A stretch of DNA of 64,000 nucleotides, from the NCBI GenBank assembly GCA_031370005.1, contig JANMPT010000075.1:1-64000 (forward strand). Reading direction: 5' to 3'. This DNA comes from Bdellovibrionales bacterium (GTDB lineage: Bacteria > Bdellovibrionota > Bdellovibrionia > Bdellovibrionales > Bdellovibrionaceae). Shown piece by piece: positions 27,244-36,944 of the stretch. The notes below the pieces were generated by a model. That model was not told where the DNA came from, made no database searches, and was given only the letters and a program-made list of their open reading frames with translations. Position 1 is the stretch's first letter. The number at the start of each line of letters is the position of its first letter. A program made the position numbers and the translations under genes.

Positions 27244-28946
27244 AAACCACTCCTGATAATATCCCTATTATAAATTTTGAAAATCTTTATCTGCAAGACC
27301 CTTTGGCAGATTCACTTTGGTCCTATTGGTTGGGTGAAAAAAACTTTAAAGATCTCCGTGAGCATTTTGTCGACATGGGAAGAAGTGGCGCTCAAGCAAC
27401 TCCATTCTCGGCAAGGGCCGATTCCCTTGGGCCAATACTAAAAACCCACACGCCTCAGGGGCAAAGACAAGATCTGGTCGAGTATCATCCTGACTATCAT
27501 CAGCTAGAAAAGTTGTCCTATGGTGCTGGCATCATCAGTCGAAAATATGATCCCGCATTTTTAAAGCTCTACCGTCCACTTCGTCATTTAGTTGGTTTTG
27601 GTATTGGATATTACTTCGCACAAACAGAAATTGGTCTTTACTGCCCAATCTGCATGACCGACGGAGTCGGCCGAGTCTTGGAACGACACGGCCCACCTGA
27701 GGTCACCCAAACAGTTCTGAAACATATTGGCTCAAAGCAGCTAGAATCTCTATGGCAGGGGGCCATGTTTCTGACCGAAAAACAGGGTGGCTCTGACGTC
27801 GGCGCAAACACTGCGCAAGCGCGAAAGTCAGGAGATCGCTGGCTCATTAGTGGAGACAAATGGTTCTGCTCTAAAGTGGATGCCGAAGCTATTCTCGTTC
27901 TCGCCCGAATGCCTGAAGATGAAGGACGACCCGAAACTGGTACCCGAGGATTGGGTTTGTTTTTGGTTCTCAGACATCTGCCTCCGAAAAATCATCGCCA
28001 CTTACAAATTCACCGTCTTAAGCAAAAAATGGGTGTAAGGTCCATGCCCTCTGGTGAAGTGACCATGGAAAACGCCGAAGGCTTCCTTATTGGTGGTGCC
28101 GGTGAAGGATTTAAACTGATGGCCGAAATGCTCAACATGTCCCGTCTTTACAATTCAGTAGCAAGTATCGCCGGTATGAGACGAGCCATTATGGAGGCAT
28201 TGGCCTACGGTGCTGAACGAAAAGCTTTTGATCTACATCTGCGTGAACTCCCCTTATGGAGAGCCAACATGGCCGACTTGGTTGCTGAGCACATAGGTGC
28301 CATGCACTTGGTGTTCTCCACGGCCCAGTACCTTGATCATGCTGATGGTGGCGATAAGACAGCGCAGCTGATGGTTCGGCTCCTGACTCCGATAACTAAA
28401 GCCTTCACCGGCAAACTTGCAATCTTCGCCGCCAGCGAATCCATGGAAGCCATTGGTGGCAATGCTTACATCGAGGAGCATATCATGCCCCGAATTCTCC
28501 GTGACTGCCAAGTTTTACCTATCTGGGAGGGCACAACAAACATTCTTTCTTTGGATGCTTTACGAGTCCTTCGCAAATATGGACACCAGTTTTACTATAC
28601 GCATTTGGCAGAGATTCTTGAGTCTTGTTCCTTTATTTCTCCTGCCTGGATGCAAGATCTCAAAAAACGACTCTCAGAAGAGCAAGACTTTCTAGGTAAA
28701 TTGCTCACAATGCCGGATGAGGACCAGCAACGAAGCATTCGCGAATGGGTGGAGAGAACAGCCCGAAGTCTCAGCCTGATCAAGTTGTTGCAATCAAGCC
28801 ACGAGACTTCGTTGAAGGCGATCATGGACGCCGCCTATCAACGTTTAGTTTTGCGACCCACTGCCACTTCGCCTCTGGGGGCCTTCCATACTGCTCAACT
28901 AAAACACACAGAGGAAATTCTGCTCAAGGCTGGTTACCAGGCTTAA
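27240..28946 (+). CDS. Acyl-CoA dehydrogenase family protein, AidB-like
   Basis: HPDYH, CPICMT, LTEKQGGSDV, GDKWFCS, IWEGTTN. Confidence 0.88.
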   Translation: MKTTPDNIPIINFENLYLQDPLADSLWSYWLGEKNFKDLREHFVDMGRSGAQATPFSARADSLGPILKTHTPQGQRQDLVEYHPDYHQLEKLSYGAGIISRKYDPAFLKLYRPLRHLVGFGIGYYFAQTEIGLYCPICMTDGVGRVLERHGPPEVTQTVLKHIGSKQLESLWQGAMFLTEKQGGSDVGANTAQARKSGDRWLISGDKWFCSKVDAEAILVLARMPEDEGRPETGTRGLGLFLVLRHLPPKNHRHLQIHRLKQKMGVRSMPSGEVTMENAEGFLIGGAGEGFKLMAEMLNMSRLYNSVASIAGMRRAIMEALAYGAERKAFDLHLRELPLWRANMADLVAEHIGAMHLVFSTAQYLDHADGGDKTAQLMVRLLTPITKAFTGKLAIFAASESMEAIGGNAYIEEHIMPRILRDCQVLPIWEGTTNILSLDALRVLRKYGHQFYYTHLAEILESCSFISPAWMQDLKKRLSEEQDFLGKLLTMPDEDQQRSIREWVERTARSLSLIKLLQSSHETSLKAIMDAAYQRLVLRPTATSPLGAFHTAQLKHTEEILLKAGYQA

Positions 28947-29401
28947 TACTCAAAAGAGAGTTGTTCTCAACGGAAACCCCGAGGTCAATCTTATAAAGCC
29001 CCATGCCTCCGTGCGCCTCGCTCACAGGTTCTCCGTTCATTGTTTGAATTCCCCGAATGGTGGTATTAATCACATCACCCGGCGAGATGACCTCAACATG
29101 ATCCCCTAGTTGCATTTTGTTGCGCACGTCTGCAACCACACCTGAGTCTGAATGAGTTGTTAACAATGCTGATCAGGCCAGGATCGCTCATAATCAAGGC
29201 ATCTGGCTGCAGCTCCGCAAATGTATCGATTTGGTTCGCAAAAGGCTTCAATTTTAAATTACGAGCAAAAATATTCGCAGTTAAGTAAACCTTTTTATGA
29301 AGACGCCGGGCAATCTGAAGACCGGCTTTCAGATCCTCAAGATCAAATTCGTTCTCGCGCGCTCGGAGTGAAAACATTGGCACCCCTGCATAAATTGAAT
29401 C
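28924..29401 (-). pseudogene. trhP: Remnant of a U32-family tRNA hydroxylation protein (TrhP/YegQ) with 5' and internal deletions
   Basis: DSIYAGVPMFSLRARENEF...DALIMSDPGLI (U32 N-part) joined out of frame at about 29160 to VRNKMQLGDHVEVISP (U32_C); central Fe-S-binding region and start codon absent. Confidence 0.8.
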
Positions 29402-29419
29402 CTTTACTTTAACACGACC

Positions 29420-29460
29420 AGCCTATAAGTAGCCTTATATAAATCAATGACCTCGATCAA
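29420..29460 (-). promoter_or_regulatory. FNR/DNR box and -10 oriented toward the trhP remnant
   Basis: Minus strand TTGAT-cgag-GTCAT (29447-29460) with TAGGCT (29425-29420). Confidence 0.6.
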
Positions 29461-29528
29461 ATTTACACTAATTGGAGAATTTTTCTCAAACACATTGAGT
29501 CCATTCAGGAGTTGGACTATAGGAAATC

Positions 29529-30560
29529 ATGCAGCAAAAACATATCACTTACTGGCTACTGACGATCTGCGGATTCATTGTTGCAATGATCGTGATTGGT
29601 GGAATCACTAGATTGACTCTTTCAGGACTTTCGATCGTTGAATGGTCACCCTTTGCCGGAATTATTCCCCCACTTAACTCTGAGGCATGGAACAAGCTTT
29701 TTGAAAAATATAAATTGTTTCCTCAATACCAAAAAACATTTCCTAATTTGAGCTTGGCAGAGTTTAAAAATATTTTTTTCTGGGAGTACTTACACCGATT
29801 CGTTGCCAGGTCTATTGGCTTTGTTATTCTTATCCCCGGACTTTTGTTCTGGAGGAAAGGACTTCTCTCTCAAGAGCTTACAAAAAGAATTTTGTTCGGA
29901 TTAATCCTTGGCGGATTTCAAGGCGCTTTAGGTTGGTTTATGGTAAAAAGTGGCCTCGTTGATCGACCTTCAGTCAGTCACTTTAGACTTGCCGCTCACC
30001 TCTTGCTTGCATTTCTCATCCTGGCTTACTTCTTATGGTTGGCTTTAGATCGCTTAGAAAGTCATATGCCCCATCTTAAATCAAAACTTTCCCATGCAGA
30101 TCTTTCACTTCAGAGCTTGTTTTTATTTTTTATTTTTCCGCTTTTAATTCTGCAAATCACATATGGAGCTTTTGTTGCTGGGCTAAAAGCTGGTTATTTT
30201 TATAACACATTTCCAAAAATGAATGGCGAGTGGTTGCCTCAAAATGCGCTATATCTAGATCCTCTTTTTAAAAATTGGTTTGAAAATGCAGTCACCATTC
30301 AGTGGACTCACCGTTGGCTCGGAATATGCCTTCTTTTAGCAATTGGTTTTTTTTGGCTCCGTTCGCAATCAGCAACAACTTCACGGTCCATCGTCAAGCT
30401 GTCTACAATTTTTCTTGGCTTAGCTCTTTCTCAAGTGGGCCTTGGGATCTCAACTCTGCTAACACATAATAATATTTTCCTAGCCAGCTCTCATCAGCTG
30501 GTGGGGTGCTTATTGTTCGCCTGCTCTATTTGGATTCTTCACAGAATAAAAGCTTCTTAA
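29529..30560 (+). CDS. ctaA: Heme A synthase (COX15/CtaA type 2)
   Basis: GGITRLTLSGLSIVEW, WEYLHR, GWFMVKSG, RLAAHL, QWTHR, HQ. Confidence 0.94.
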   Translation: MQQKHITYWLLTICGFIVAMIVIGGITRLTLSGLSIVEWSPFAGIIPPLNSEAWNKLFEKYKLFPQYQKTFPNLSLAEFKNIFFWEYLHRFVARSIGFVILIPGLLFWRKGLLSQELTKRILFGLILGGFQGALGWFMVKSGLVDRPSVSHFRLAAHLLLAFLILAYFLWLALDRLESHMPHLKSKLSHADLSLQSLFLFFIFPLLILQITYGAFVAGLKAGYFYNTFPKMNGEWLPQNALYLDPLFKNWFENAVTIQWTHRWLGICLLLAIGFFWLRSQSATTSRSIVKLSTIFLGLALSQVGLGISTLLTHNNIFLASSHQLVGCLLFACSIWILHRIKAS

Positions 30561-32304
30561 TTTCTTCTGCAATATATTGAGCGAACTCCTGCTTTAGATT
30601 TGTGCTAAGCTCTTTGGATTCAAAAAATGGATTCATAATGCAAATTCGAATCACATCAAGATCATCAATTGCTCCTTGATAAGACCAACTTTTTGCATAT
30701 CTTTGTAGATACAAAGCATAGCTTTTTTTATAAAGTTTTGTCTTTGAAATAAAAAACTTAGGAGTTGTTTTTTGAGATACGGCAAGAAATAAGGCTTGTG
30801 TTTTTTGATTCGCCTGCTCAAAAGAGTCCCCGTCAGCGGCCACGCAAAAGCCTAAAATATTCAGTCCTGTGAAGGGCGCTATACGAATTTGAGACACCCT
30901 TTGCAAAGCTTTTTCCAAATCATTTTTACCATGAACTGTTCGTTCAAGGATACTGCCATAGCCGTCAGCAGTGAAGCCAATGGACTGAGCCGTTAGCCAT
31001 GTGGCCACCGCTCCCGCCGCTGAGCGCGATCCTTCCAAAGTAAAAGGCCCTTTGTCTTTTTCAATTTGAAACTGAACATAGGGAGCCACAAAGGATTTAA
31101 CGTAATAATCCTCCTCCTGGCGGGCCAAAAAAGCCCCACTGGAATAAGGAACGTATCCCATTTTATGGGGATCAATTGTGATTGAATGGACTCTGGATAA
31201 TCCCCCCAACGCACGTCTCAAATCCTCCCCCAGAGTCTTCATGGATTTCATTGCCGAAAAAAAACCGCCAAAGGCAGCATCCACATGGTGCCAAATATAT
31301 AGACCTTCTTCTTTTTGGTACTGATCGAGGAGCTGCTGGACCTCATCGATAGGATCCACAAAACCCATCTCGGTGCTTCCTAAAACTGATACAACTGCGA
31401 CAATCGGTCGGTTGCGCCCCCGGGCCTTTTCAATAGATTGACGAAGACTTTCAAGGCTCAAGGTTCCCTGCTCATTCAATTCTATGGGCCAAAGACTTTC
31501 CTCCCCCAATCCAAACAAAGACGCACCCTTTGTCCATGAGTAATGTTTATGATAGGGAACCAATAGAACTGGCCCCTCATATTCCTCAAGGCCAAATATT
31601 TTTTGAATTCTGCGAGCACGGGAAAGAGGATTACTCCAGATAAACCCCTCTCCTTGTTCTATTTTTTTTAGGTCCTCATTCTGTGTCCAAAGTGAGAATT
31701 CTTCCCACCCCATATGAGCCGCTTCAAATGCTGTCAGCTTCGTGTTTTTTAAATCCCGCCGAATCTGCAAGCCCATAAAGAGCCACTTATTAAGTCTTTC
31801 GATGGCCCTCGCAAGACATTCAAAGTTGGCAACAGTTCCACCTGAAGTAAAGTGACCAAAGCTTTGAGGCATTCCCAACATATCAGCCAAGTACTGAATG
31901 GCCTCGTCTTCGATTTGGATTCCTATTCTTGAGGATTCGCTGGAAACATTATTGGGGTTATGAATAAGACTAATGATATGGCCAAAAAGTGCGGGAAGTG
32001 AAATTTCCGAGAACATGTGGCCGATGTAGCGCGGGGAAAACTTGGGAATTTCGTTCTCAAAGCGGGTCAGAAGTTTCTCTATGTTTTTTTTACAAGTAGC
32101 TCTTTTGATTTGAAACTCGCCTAGCTCTAAATCATCGGCTGAAATAGCCTTGCCGTCCTCAGGAAAAAGCCCCCGCCGCCACTCGAACCATCTTTTAAAA
32201 ACTGCGGTCACCTCATCGAGAACCCAATCGCTATTTTCAGCCCTTGGTCCCAGAAAAAAACTTTTAAGAGCAACATCCGCCGGAGAGCACTTTGAGTTTT
32301 CCAT
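30526..32304 (-). CDS. Group II PLP-dependent decarboxylase, tyrosine decarboxylase-like
   Basis: YIGHM, TSGGTVAN, HKHYSW, HVDAA, IDPHKMGY, LEGSR; start at MENSK. Confidence 0.88.
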   Translation of the reverse strand: MENSKCSPADVALKSFFLGPRAENSDWVLDEVTAVFKRWFEWRRGLFPEDGKAISADDLELGEFQIKRATCKKNIEKLLTRFENEIPKFSPRYIGHMFSEISLPALFGHIISLIHNPNNVSSESSRIGIQIEDEAIQYLADMLGMPQSFGHFTSGGTVANFECLARAIERLNKWLFMGLQIRRDLKNTKLTAFEAAHMGWEEFSLWTQNEDLKKIEQGEGFIWSNPLSRARRIQKIFGLEEYEGPVLLVPYHKHYSWTKGASLFGLGEESLWPIELNEQGTLSLESLRQSIEKARGRNRPIVAVVSVLGSTEMGFVDPIDEVQQLLDQYQKEEGLYIWHHVDAAFGGFFSAMKSMKTLGEDLRRALGGLSRVHSITIDPHKMGYVPYSSGAFLARQEEDYYVKSFVAPYVQFQIEKDKGPFTLEGSRSAAGAVATWLTAQSIGFTADGYGSILERTVHGKNDLEKALQRVSQIRIAPFTGLNILGFCVAADGDSFEQANQKTQALFLAVSQKTTPKFFISKTKLYKKSYALYLQRYAKSWSYQGAIDDLDVIRICIMNPFFESKELSTNLKQEFAQYIAEEIKKLLFCEESK

Positions 32305-32321
32305 AAATCCTTTCAACCTCT

Positions 32322-32807
32322 CTAACTCCGAGGTCCCATTTCTGGCGGGATCTTTTTGTAGATGTTATTAATATGTGTTTTCAAGGTCGCCTTTGAAATA
32401 AAAAGCTTATGCGCCACCTGGGAATTACTGAGTCCACCAAGAAGCAGTGAAACAATATTCAACTCACTTTTGGTCAGATTTTTTTTACGATAAAACTCCA
32501 TCCGTGTACGATGCTTGTTCTCAAGAGGATACAGTAAGGTCAAAAACTGATTTCCATCATTTACCATAACAGTGTCTGCCACTCCGTTTTCAAGTTTTAA
32601 TGTTGGAAAATGGCAAAATCCTTCAATGGGATTTTTTTTATCCTGACAAAACTCATCATATTTTTGGAGGCAGCGACCCTTGCAAGGACTTCCCATTTTG
32701 TTTCCGCATTTTTCAATACAAGCAGTATTTTGGAACAAAACAGTTCTATGATTGTCTTTGATACAAACACCAAGCTTGTTATTTGCAATAAAATCTTGTG
32801 TGTTCAT
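32322..32807 (-). CDS. LuxR-type HTH regulator with a Cys-rich PAS-like N-terminal domain
   Basis: LTKSE....L..GLSN..VA..LFIS..T.KTHINNIYKK; 7 Cys in the N-domain. Confidence 0.82.
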   Translation of the reverse strand: MNTQDFIANNKLGVCIKDNHRTVLFQNTACIEKCGNKMGSPCKGRCLQKYDEFCQDKKNPIEGFCHFPTLKLENGVADTVMVNDGNQFLTLLYPLENKHRTRMEFYRKKNLTKSELNIVSLLLGGLSNSQVAHKLFISKATLKTHINNIYKKIPPEMGPRS

Positions 32808-32829
32808 AAGTACCTTTCAGTTATAATAC

Positions 32830-33996
32830 CTATCGGTAGGCTGGGATTCCAGTGATGTACTCACCAACGATTAAACGATGAATATCCTCAGTGCCCTCAT
32901 AGGTGTTAACACTCTCGAGATTGAGCATATGACGTCCGCACTGGTATTCATATGTAATACCGCTGGCTCCTAAAATATCTCTTGTCTTTCTCGCAATGTC
33001 GAGAGCCATTGAAACATTGTTCATTTTTGCCATTGAGATTTGCTGAGCGACGGCCTTATCCGCATCTTTGAGTCGGCCCAGCTGCATTGTAAATGCTTGA
33101 GCTTTTGTGATCTCCGTCAACATATTCGCAAGTTTTGCTTGAACAAGTTGAAAACTCGCAATGGGCTTGCCGAATTGAATACGAGTTTTTGCATACTGTA
33201 CGGCCTCATCATAACAAGCCATTGCGGCTCCTAAGGCACCCCAGGATATCCCATATCGAGCTTGGTTAAGACATGAAAACGGCCCCTTTAGCCCTTGGAC
33301 CTGTAACATTTGAGAGGCCGGAACCCTACAGTCTTCAAAAAAAAGCTCCGAAGTCACTGAAGCTCGTAAAGAAAATTTCTTTTCAATATCCCGAACTTGA
33401 AAGCCTGGAGTCTCTCGTTCAAGGATAAAACCACGAATAATGTTTTCATCATCCTTCGCCCAAACGATAGCTAAATGTGAAATTCCTCCATTGGTAATCC
33501 ACATTTTACTGCCGTTCAAAATATAATCATTTCCATCTTTACGGGCCCTCGTTATCATCCCACCTGGATCAGATCCAAAGTCAGGCTCGGTCAAGCCAAA
33601 GCAGCCAATCAATTCTCCCTGGGCCATCTTTGGAAGATATTTCTTTTTTTGCTCTTCAGTTCCAAACTTGTAAATCGGAAACATACAAAGGGCCCCCTGA
33701 ACACTGGCAAAGCTGCGAACGCCACTATCTCCCCTTTCAAGCTCTTGCATCACAAGGCCATAAGAAGTGTAGTTTAAACCCGCACAACCATAACCTTGGA
33801 TAGTGGCACCAAATACTCCCAACCCACCGAGTTGAGAGATCAGACTCATCGGAAAAGTGCCCGCTTCATAATGATCAGCAATAATCGGCAGGATCTCTCC
33901 ATCCACGTATTGACGGATTGTATTGCGAGTCATCAGTTCTTCTTCTGTGAAAAGCGCGTCTAGTTGATAAAAATCGGGGGACGTAAAAGTTTCCAT
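32830..33996 (-). CDS. gcdH: Glutaryl-CoA dehydrogenase
   Basis: ELERGDSGVRS, GCFGLTEPDFGSDP, RYGISWG, NLESVNTYEGT. Confidence 0.9.
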   Translation of the reverse strand: METFTSPDFYQLDALFTEEELMTRNTIRQYVDGEILPIIADHYEAGTFPMSLISQLGGLGVFGATIQGYGCAGLNYTSYGLVMQELERGDSGVRSFASVQGALCMFPIYKFGTEEQKKKYLPKMAQGELIGCFGLTEPDFGSDPGGMITRARKDGNDYILNGSKMWITNGGISHLAIVWAKDDENIIRGFILERETPGFQVRDIEKKFSLRASVTSELFFEDCRVPASQMLQVQGLKGPFSCLNQARYGISWGALGAAMACYDEAVQYAKTRIQFGKPIASFQLVQAKLANMLTEITKAQAFTMQLGRLKDADKAVAQQISMAKMNNVSMALDIARKTRDILGASGITYEYQCGRHMLNLESVNTYEGTEDIHRLIVGEYITGIPAYR

Positions 33997-34125
33997 GGGA
34001 ACCTCTTTCTAGCTGGCCTAGTATCTGGCTATTTAAATATTTGCTCAAGCGGAGGCATCAAAATCCACCCCAGGGTTGAGGCTCTTGCCTTTGAGTCAGA
34101 CCAACTTATCTAATATCTTAAATCC

Positions 34126-35916
34126 ATGGAAAATGAAACCAATAATCTCAGTATAAACATCGCAACAGTCAACGGCAGTGGCAGCCAAACCGCCAACCAG
34201 GTTTTGGTGAAATCCATTTTTCGAATGGGCCGCCCTGTGGGGGTCAAAAATATGTTTCCCTCTAATATCGCAGGAATGCCCACTTGGTTTAGAATCAGAG
34301 TGAATAGTGAGGGCTTTGTTGGACCCCAAAAAGCCTTTCATATCCTAGTCAATCTCAATCGCAAGACCTTGCTGCGCGATATAGAATCCTTGCATAAGAG
34401 CGCTTTGATCATCTGCGAAGAGGAGTCTCTATCAATCCTACAAAGCTTACCTCAGGATTGTTTTTTGATTGCAGTTCCTTTTAAAAAACTAGTCGATCAA
34501 GCGACATCAACCCAGAAAGTTAAAAAATTTTTAACCAACATGATTTATGTCGGGGTGCTCGCTCAAATATTAAAAATACCTCAAAATATTATCTTCGAAG
34601 TCGTAGCGGATCATTTCTCGCAAAGACCAGACCTTGCGGAACTCAATCAAAAAGCTCTCGCTCTCGGACAGGCCTGGGCCCAAGAGCAGCATTCCTTTTT
34701 GGAAAAAACATATCCTCTTCCTACGGCAGTTCAGAGAAAAAATAAAATCCTGATGGATGGGAATACCGCTGCAGCCCTCGGACTTCTTTTTGGAGGCTGC
34801 ACTGTGGCCACATGGTATCCCATCACTCCAGCGACTTCCTTAATGGAAAGCTTCATTTCTTATGCTTCCCAATACCGCAAAGACAAAAGCGGTCATGACA
34901 ATTACGCCGCTCTTCAGGTCGAAGACGAATTGGCCGCGATTTCTGGAGTGCTTGGTGCCGGCTGGGCGGGGGCCCGCGCCATCACCACAACCTCGGGGCC
35001 TGGCCTTAGTCTTATGGCCGAGGCTGCGGGTTTTGCCTACTATGCTGAGATACCTGCGGTCATCTGGGATGTGCAAAGAGCAGGTCCCTCCACGGGTCTC
35101 CCCACTCGCACCCAACAAAGCGACCTGATTTTTGCGCGCTACCTTTCTCATGGCGACACTCTTCATCCCTGCTTACTTCCGGGAAATCTACAAGAGTGTT
35201 TTGAATTCGGTCAACTTTGTTTTGATCTCGCGGAACGGCTGCAACAACTCGTGATTGTACTCAGCGATCTGGATCTTGGCATGAACCTCTGGATGTCTGA
35301 TGAGCTCTCTATTCCTGATAAGCCCTTTGATAGAGGAAAAATTTTAAATTTTGAAGAGCTCGAACAAAAAAAAGATTTTTTCCGTTATCAAGACACCGAT
35401 AATGATGGACTCTGCTATCGAACGCTGCCGGGTACCCGACATCCACAAGCCGCCTATTTTACCCGAGGCTCCGGACACAATGACAAAGCTCAATACACCG
35501 AAAATCCACAGGAATACGAAGCCACAGCGGATCGGTTAAAACAAAAAAATGAAGTTGCTAAAGGCCTTGTTCCTGGACCCTTGATCACGGGCAAAGGTTC
35601 TCGCTTTGGCATCATCAGCTACGGAGCCACCGAAGCTGTTTTAAATGAAACACAAGCTTTTCTGCAAAAGCAGGGGATATCAGTAGATCTCTGCCGTATC
35701 CGGGCCATTCCTTTTACTCAAGAGCTTGCAGATTTTATTTCCCATCATGAAAAGAGCATCGTCATTGATCAAAATGCCCAGGGACAAATGAAAATGCTTC
35801 TTTCTATGGAGTTGTCCTTATTTGAAAACAAACTCATTTCATTAAAGTATTATAATGGAGAACCGCTTTTTGCTGAAACTCTCGTGGCGGATCTTTTACA
35901 AATCATAGGAGCCTGA
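34126..35916 (+). CDS. 2-oxoacid:ferredoxin oxidoreductase alpha subunit
   Basis: NGSGSQ, WYPITP, EDELAA, TSGPG, QRAGPSTGLPT. Confidence 0.93.
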   Translation: MENETNNLSINIATVNGSGSQTANQVLVKSIFRMGRPVGVKNMFPSNIAGMPTWFRIRVNSEGFVGPQKAFHILVNLNRKTLLRDIESLHKSALIICEEESLSILQSLPQDCFLIAVPFKKLVDQATSTQKVKKFLTNMIYVGVLAQILKIPQNIIFEVVADHFSQRPDLAELNQKALALGQAWAQEQHSFLEKTYPLPTAVQRKNKILMDGNTAAALGLLFGGCTVATWYPITPATSLMESFISYASQYRKDKSGHDNYAALQVEDELAAISGVLGAGWAGARAITTTSGPGLSLMAEAAGFAYYAEIPAVIWDVQRAGPSTGLPTRTQQSDLIFARYLSHGDTLHPCLLPGNLQECFEFGQLCFDLAERLQQLVIVLSDLDLGMNLWMSDELSIPDKPFDRGKILNFEELEQKKDFFRYQDTDNDGLCYRTLPGTRHPQAAYFTRGSGHNDKAQYTENPQEYEATADRLKQKNEVAKGLVPGPLITGKGSRFGIISYGATEAVLNETQAFLQKQGISVDLCRIRAIPFTQELADFISHHEKSIVIDQNAQGQMKMLLSMELSLFENKLISLKYYNGEPLFAETLVADLLQIIGA

Positions 35917-35917
35917 C

Positions 35918-36940
35918 ATGGACCCACTCACGGTAAACAAACTGGGTTTTAGCAAAGAAGAATACAAGGGCGCGCCCTCCACTCTTTGTCTTGGCTGCGG
36001 ACACGACTTGCTTTCGGCCCATATTATCTCTGCATGTTATAGTGCCGGCATCAGTCCCTACGAACTGACAAAGATGTCAGGAATTGGTTGCTCTTCAAAA
36101 ACTCCAGCCTATTTTATTTCAAAATCATTTGCCTTTAATTCCATGCACGGCCGCATGGCTTCCGTTGCAACGGGAGCCATGCTCGCCAACAAAAACCTAA
36201 AACTACTCGGGGTCAGTGGCGATGGTGACACTGCAAACATTGGACTCGGCGGATTCATACATGCCATTCGCCGCAACCTTCCTATCTGTTATTTAGTAGC
36301 CAACAACGGAGTGTACGGCCTAACAAAAGGTCAGTTCTCTGCGACAGCCGATAAAAACTCACCGCTCAAAGATGGTCAAAGAACCCCTTTTGAAACCCTC
36401 GACCTGTGCCTACTTGCGCTAGAGAGTGGCTGTAACTTTGTTGCCAGATCCTACGTCGGAGACCCTAAACAGTTAATTCCATTGATTCATGCCGCCCTTC
36501 GACATGATGGGATGGCTTTGATTGACGTGATTTCACCTTGTGTAACATTTAATAATCATGATAGCTCCACCAAAAGCTATGGCTATCTTAAAAAACACGA
36601 AAAACCATTTCAAGATTTGGAATTTGTCGCCGATGCGGAGGCACCGGTCTGCTCAGACCTCGAAGTTCACGAGATTCAATTTAACACCAACGACAAATTA
36701 ATTATTCGAAGATTGGACCCTCTATATGAAGGACTGAATAATCGCACTGAAGCAATTCGCAGTATTCATGAATCCCTTCGCAAGGAAGAGATCTTAACAG
36801 GTTTATTTTATCACAACGAGCAAAACTCGAGTATGAATGAGCGCCTCAATATGACAGAAACGCCCTTGTCCTCGCTGCAAGAAGAAGATCTACGACCTTC
36901 TTCCGACGAGCTTAAAAACATATTGTCAGAATTCAAATAA
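35918..36940 (+). CDS. 2-oxoacid:ferredoxin oxidoreductase beta subunit
   Basis: LCLGCGH, SGIGCS, HGR, GDGD...NN TPP motif, SPCVTF. Confidence 0.93.
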   Translation: MDPLTVNKLGFSKEEYKGAPSTLCLGCGHDLLSAHIISACYSAGISPYELTKMSGIGCSSKTPAYFISKSFAFNSMHGRMASVATGAMLANKNLKLLGVSGDGDTANIGLGGFIHAIRRNLPICYLVANNGVYGLTKGQFSATADKNSPLKDGQRTPFETLDLCLLALESGCNFVARSYVGDPKQLIPLIHAALRHDGMALIDVISPCVTFNNHDSSTKSYGYLKKHEKPFQDLEFVADAEAPVCSDLEVHEIQFNTNDKLIIRRLDPLYEGLNNRTEAIRSIHESLRKEEILTGLFYHNEQNSSMNERLNMTETPLSSLQEEDLRPSSDELKNILSEFK

Positions 36941-36944
36941 AAAT

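Noticed and set aside
29093..29383. Programmed frameshift joining the two U32 ORFs
   Set aside because: A fusion would still lack the catalytic core and start codon, and no slippery site was seen; a deletion explains it better
29447..29529. FNR box as activator of ctaA
   Set aside because: The -10 geometry fits the opposite (trhP) direction; no suitable -10 toward ctaA
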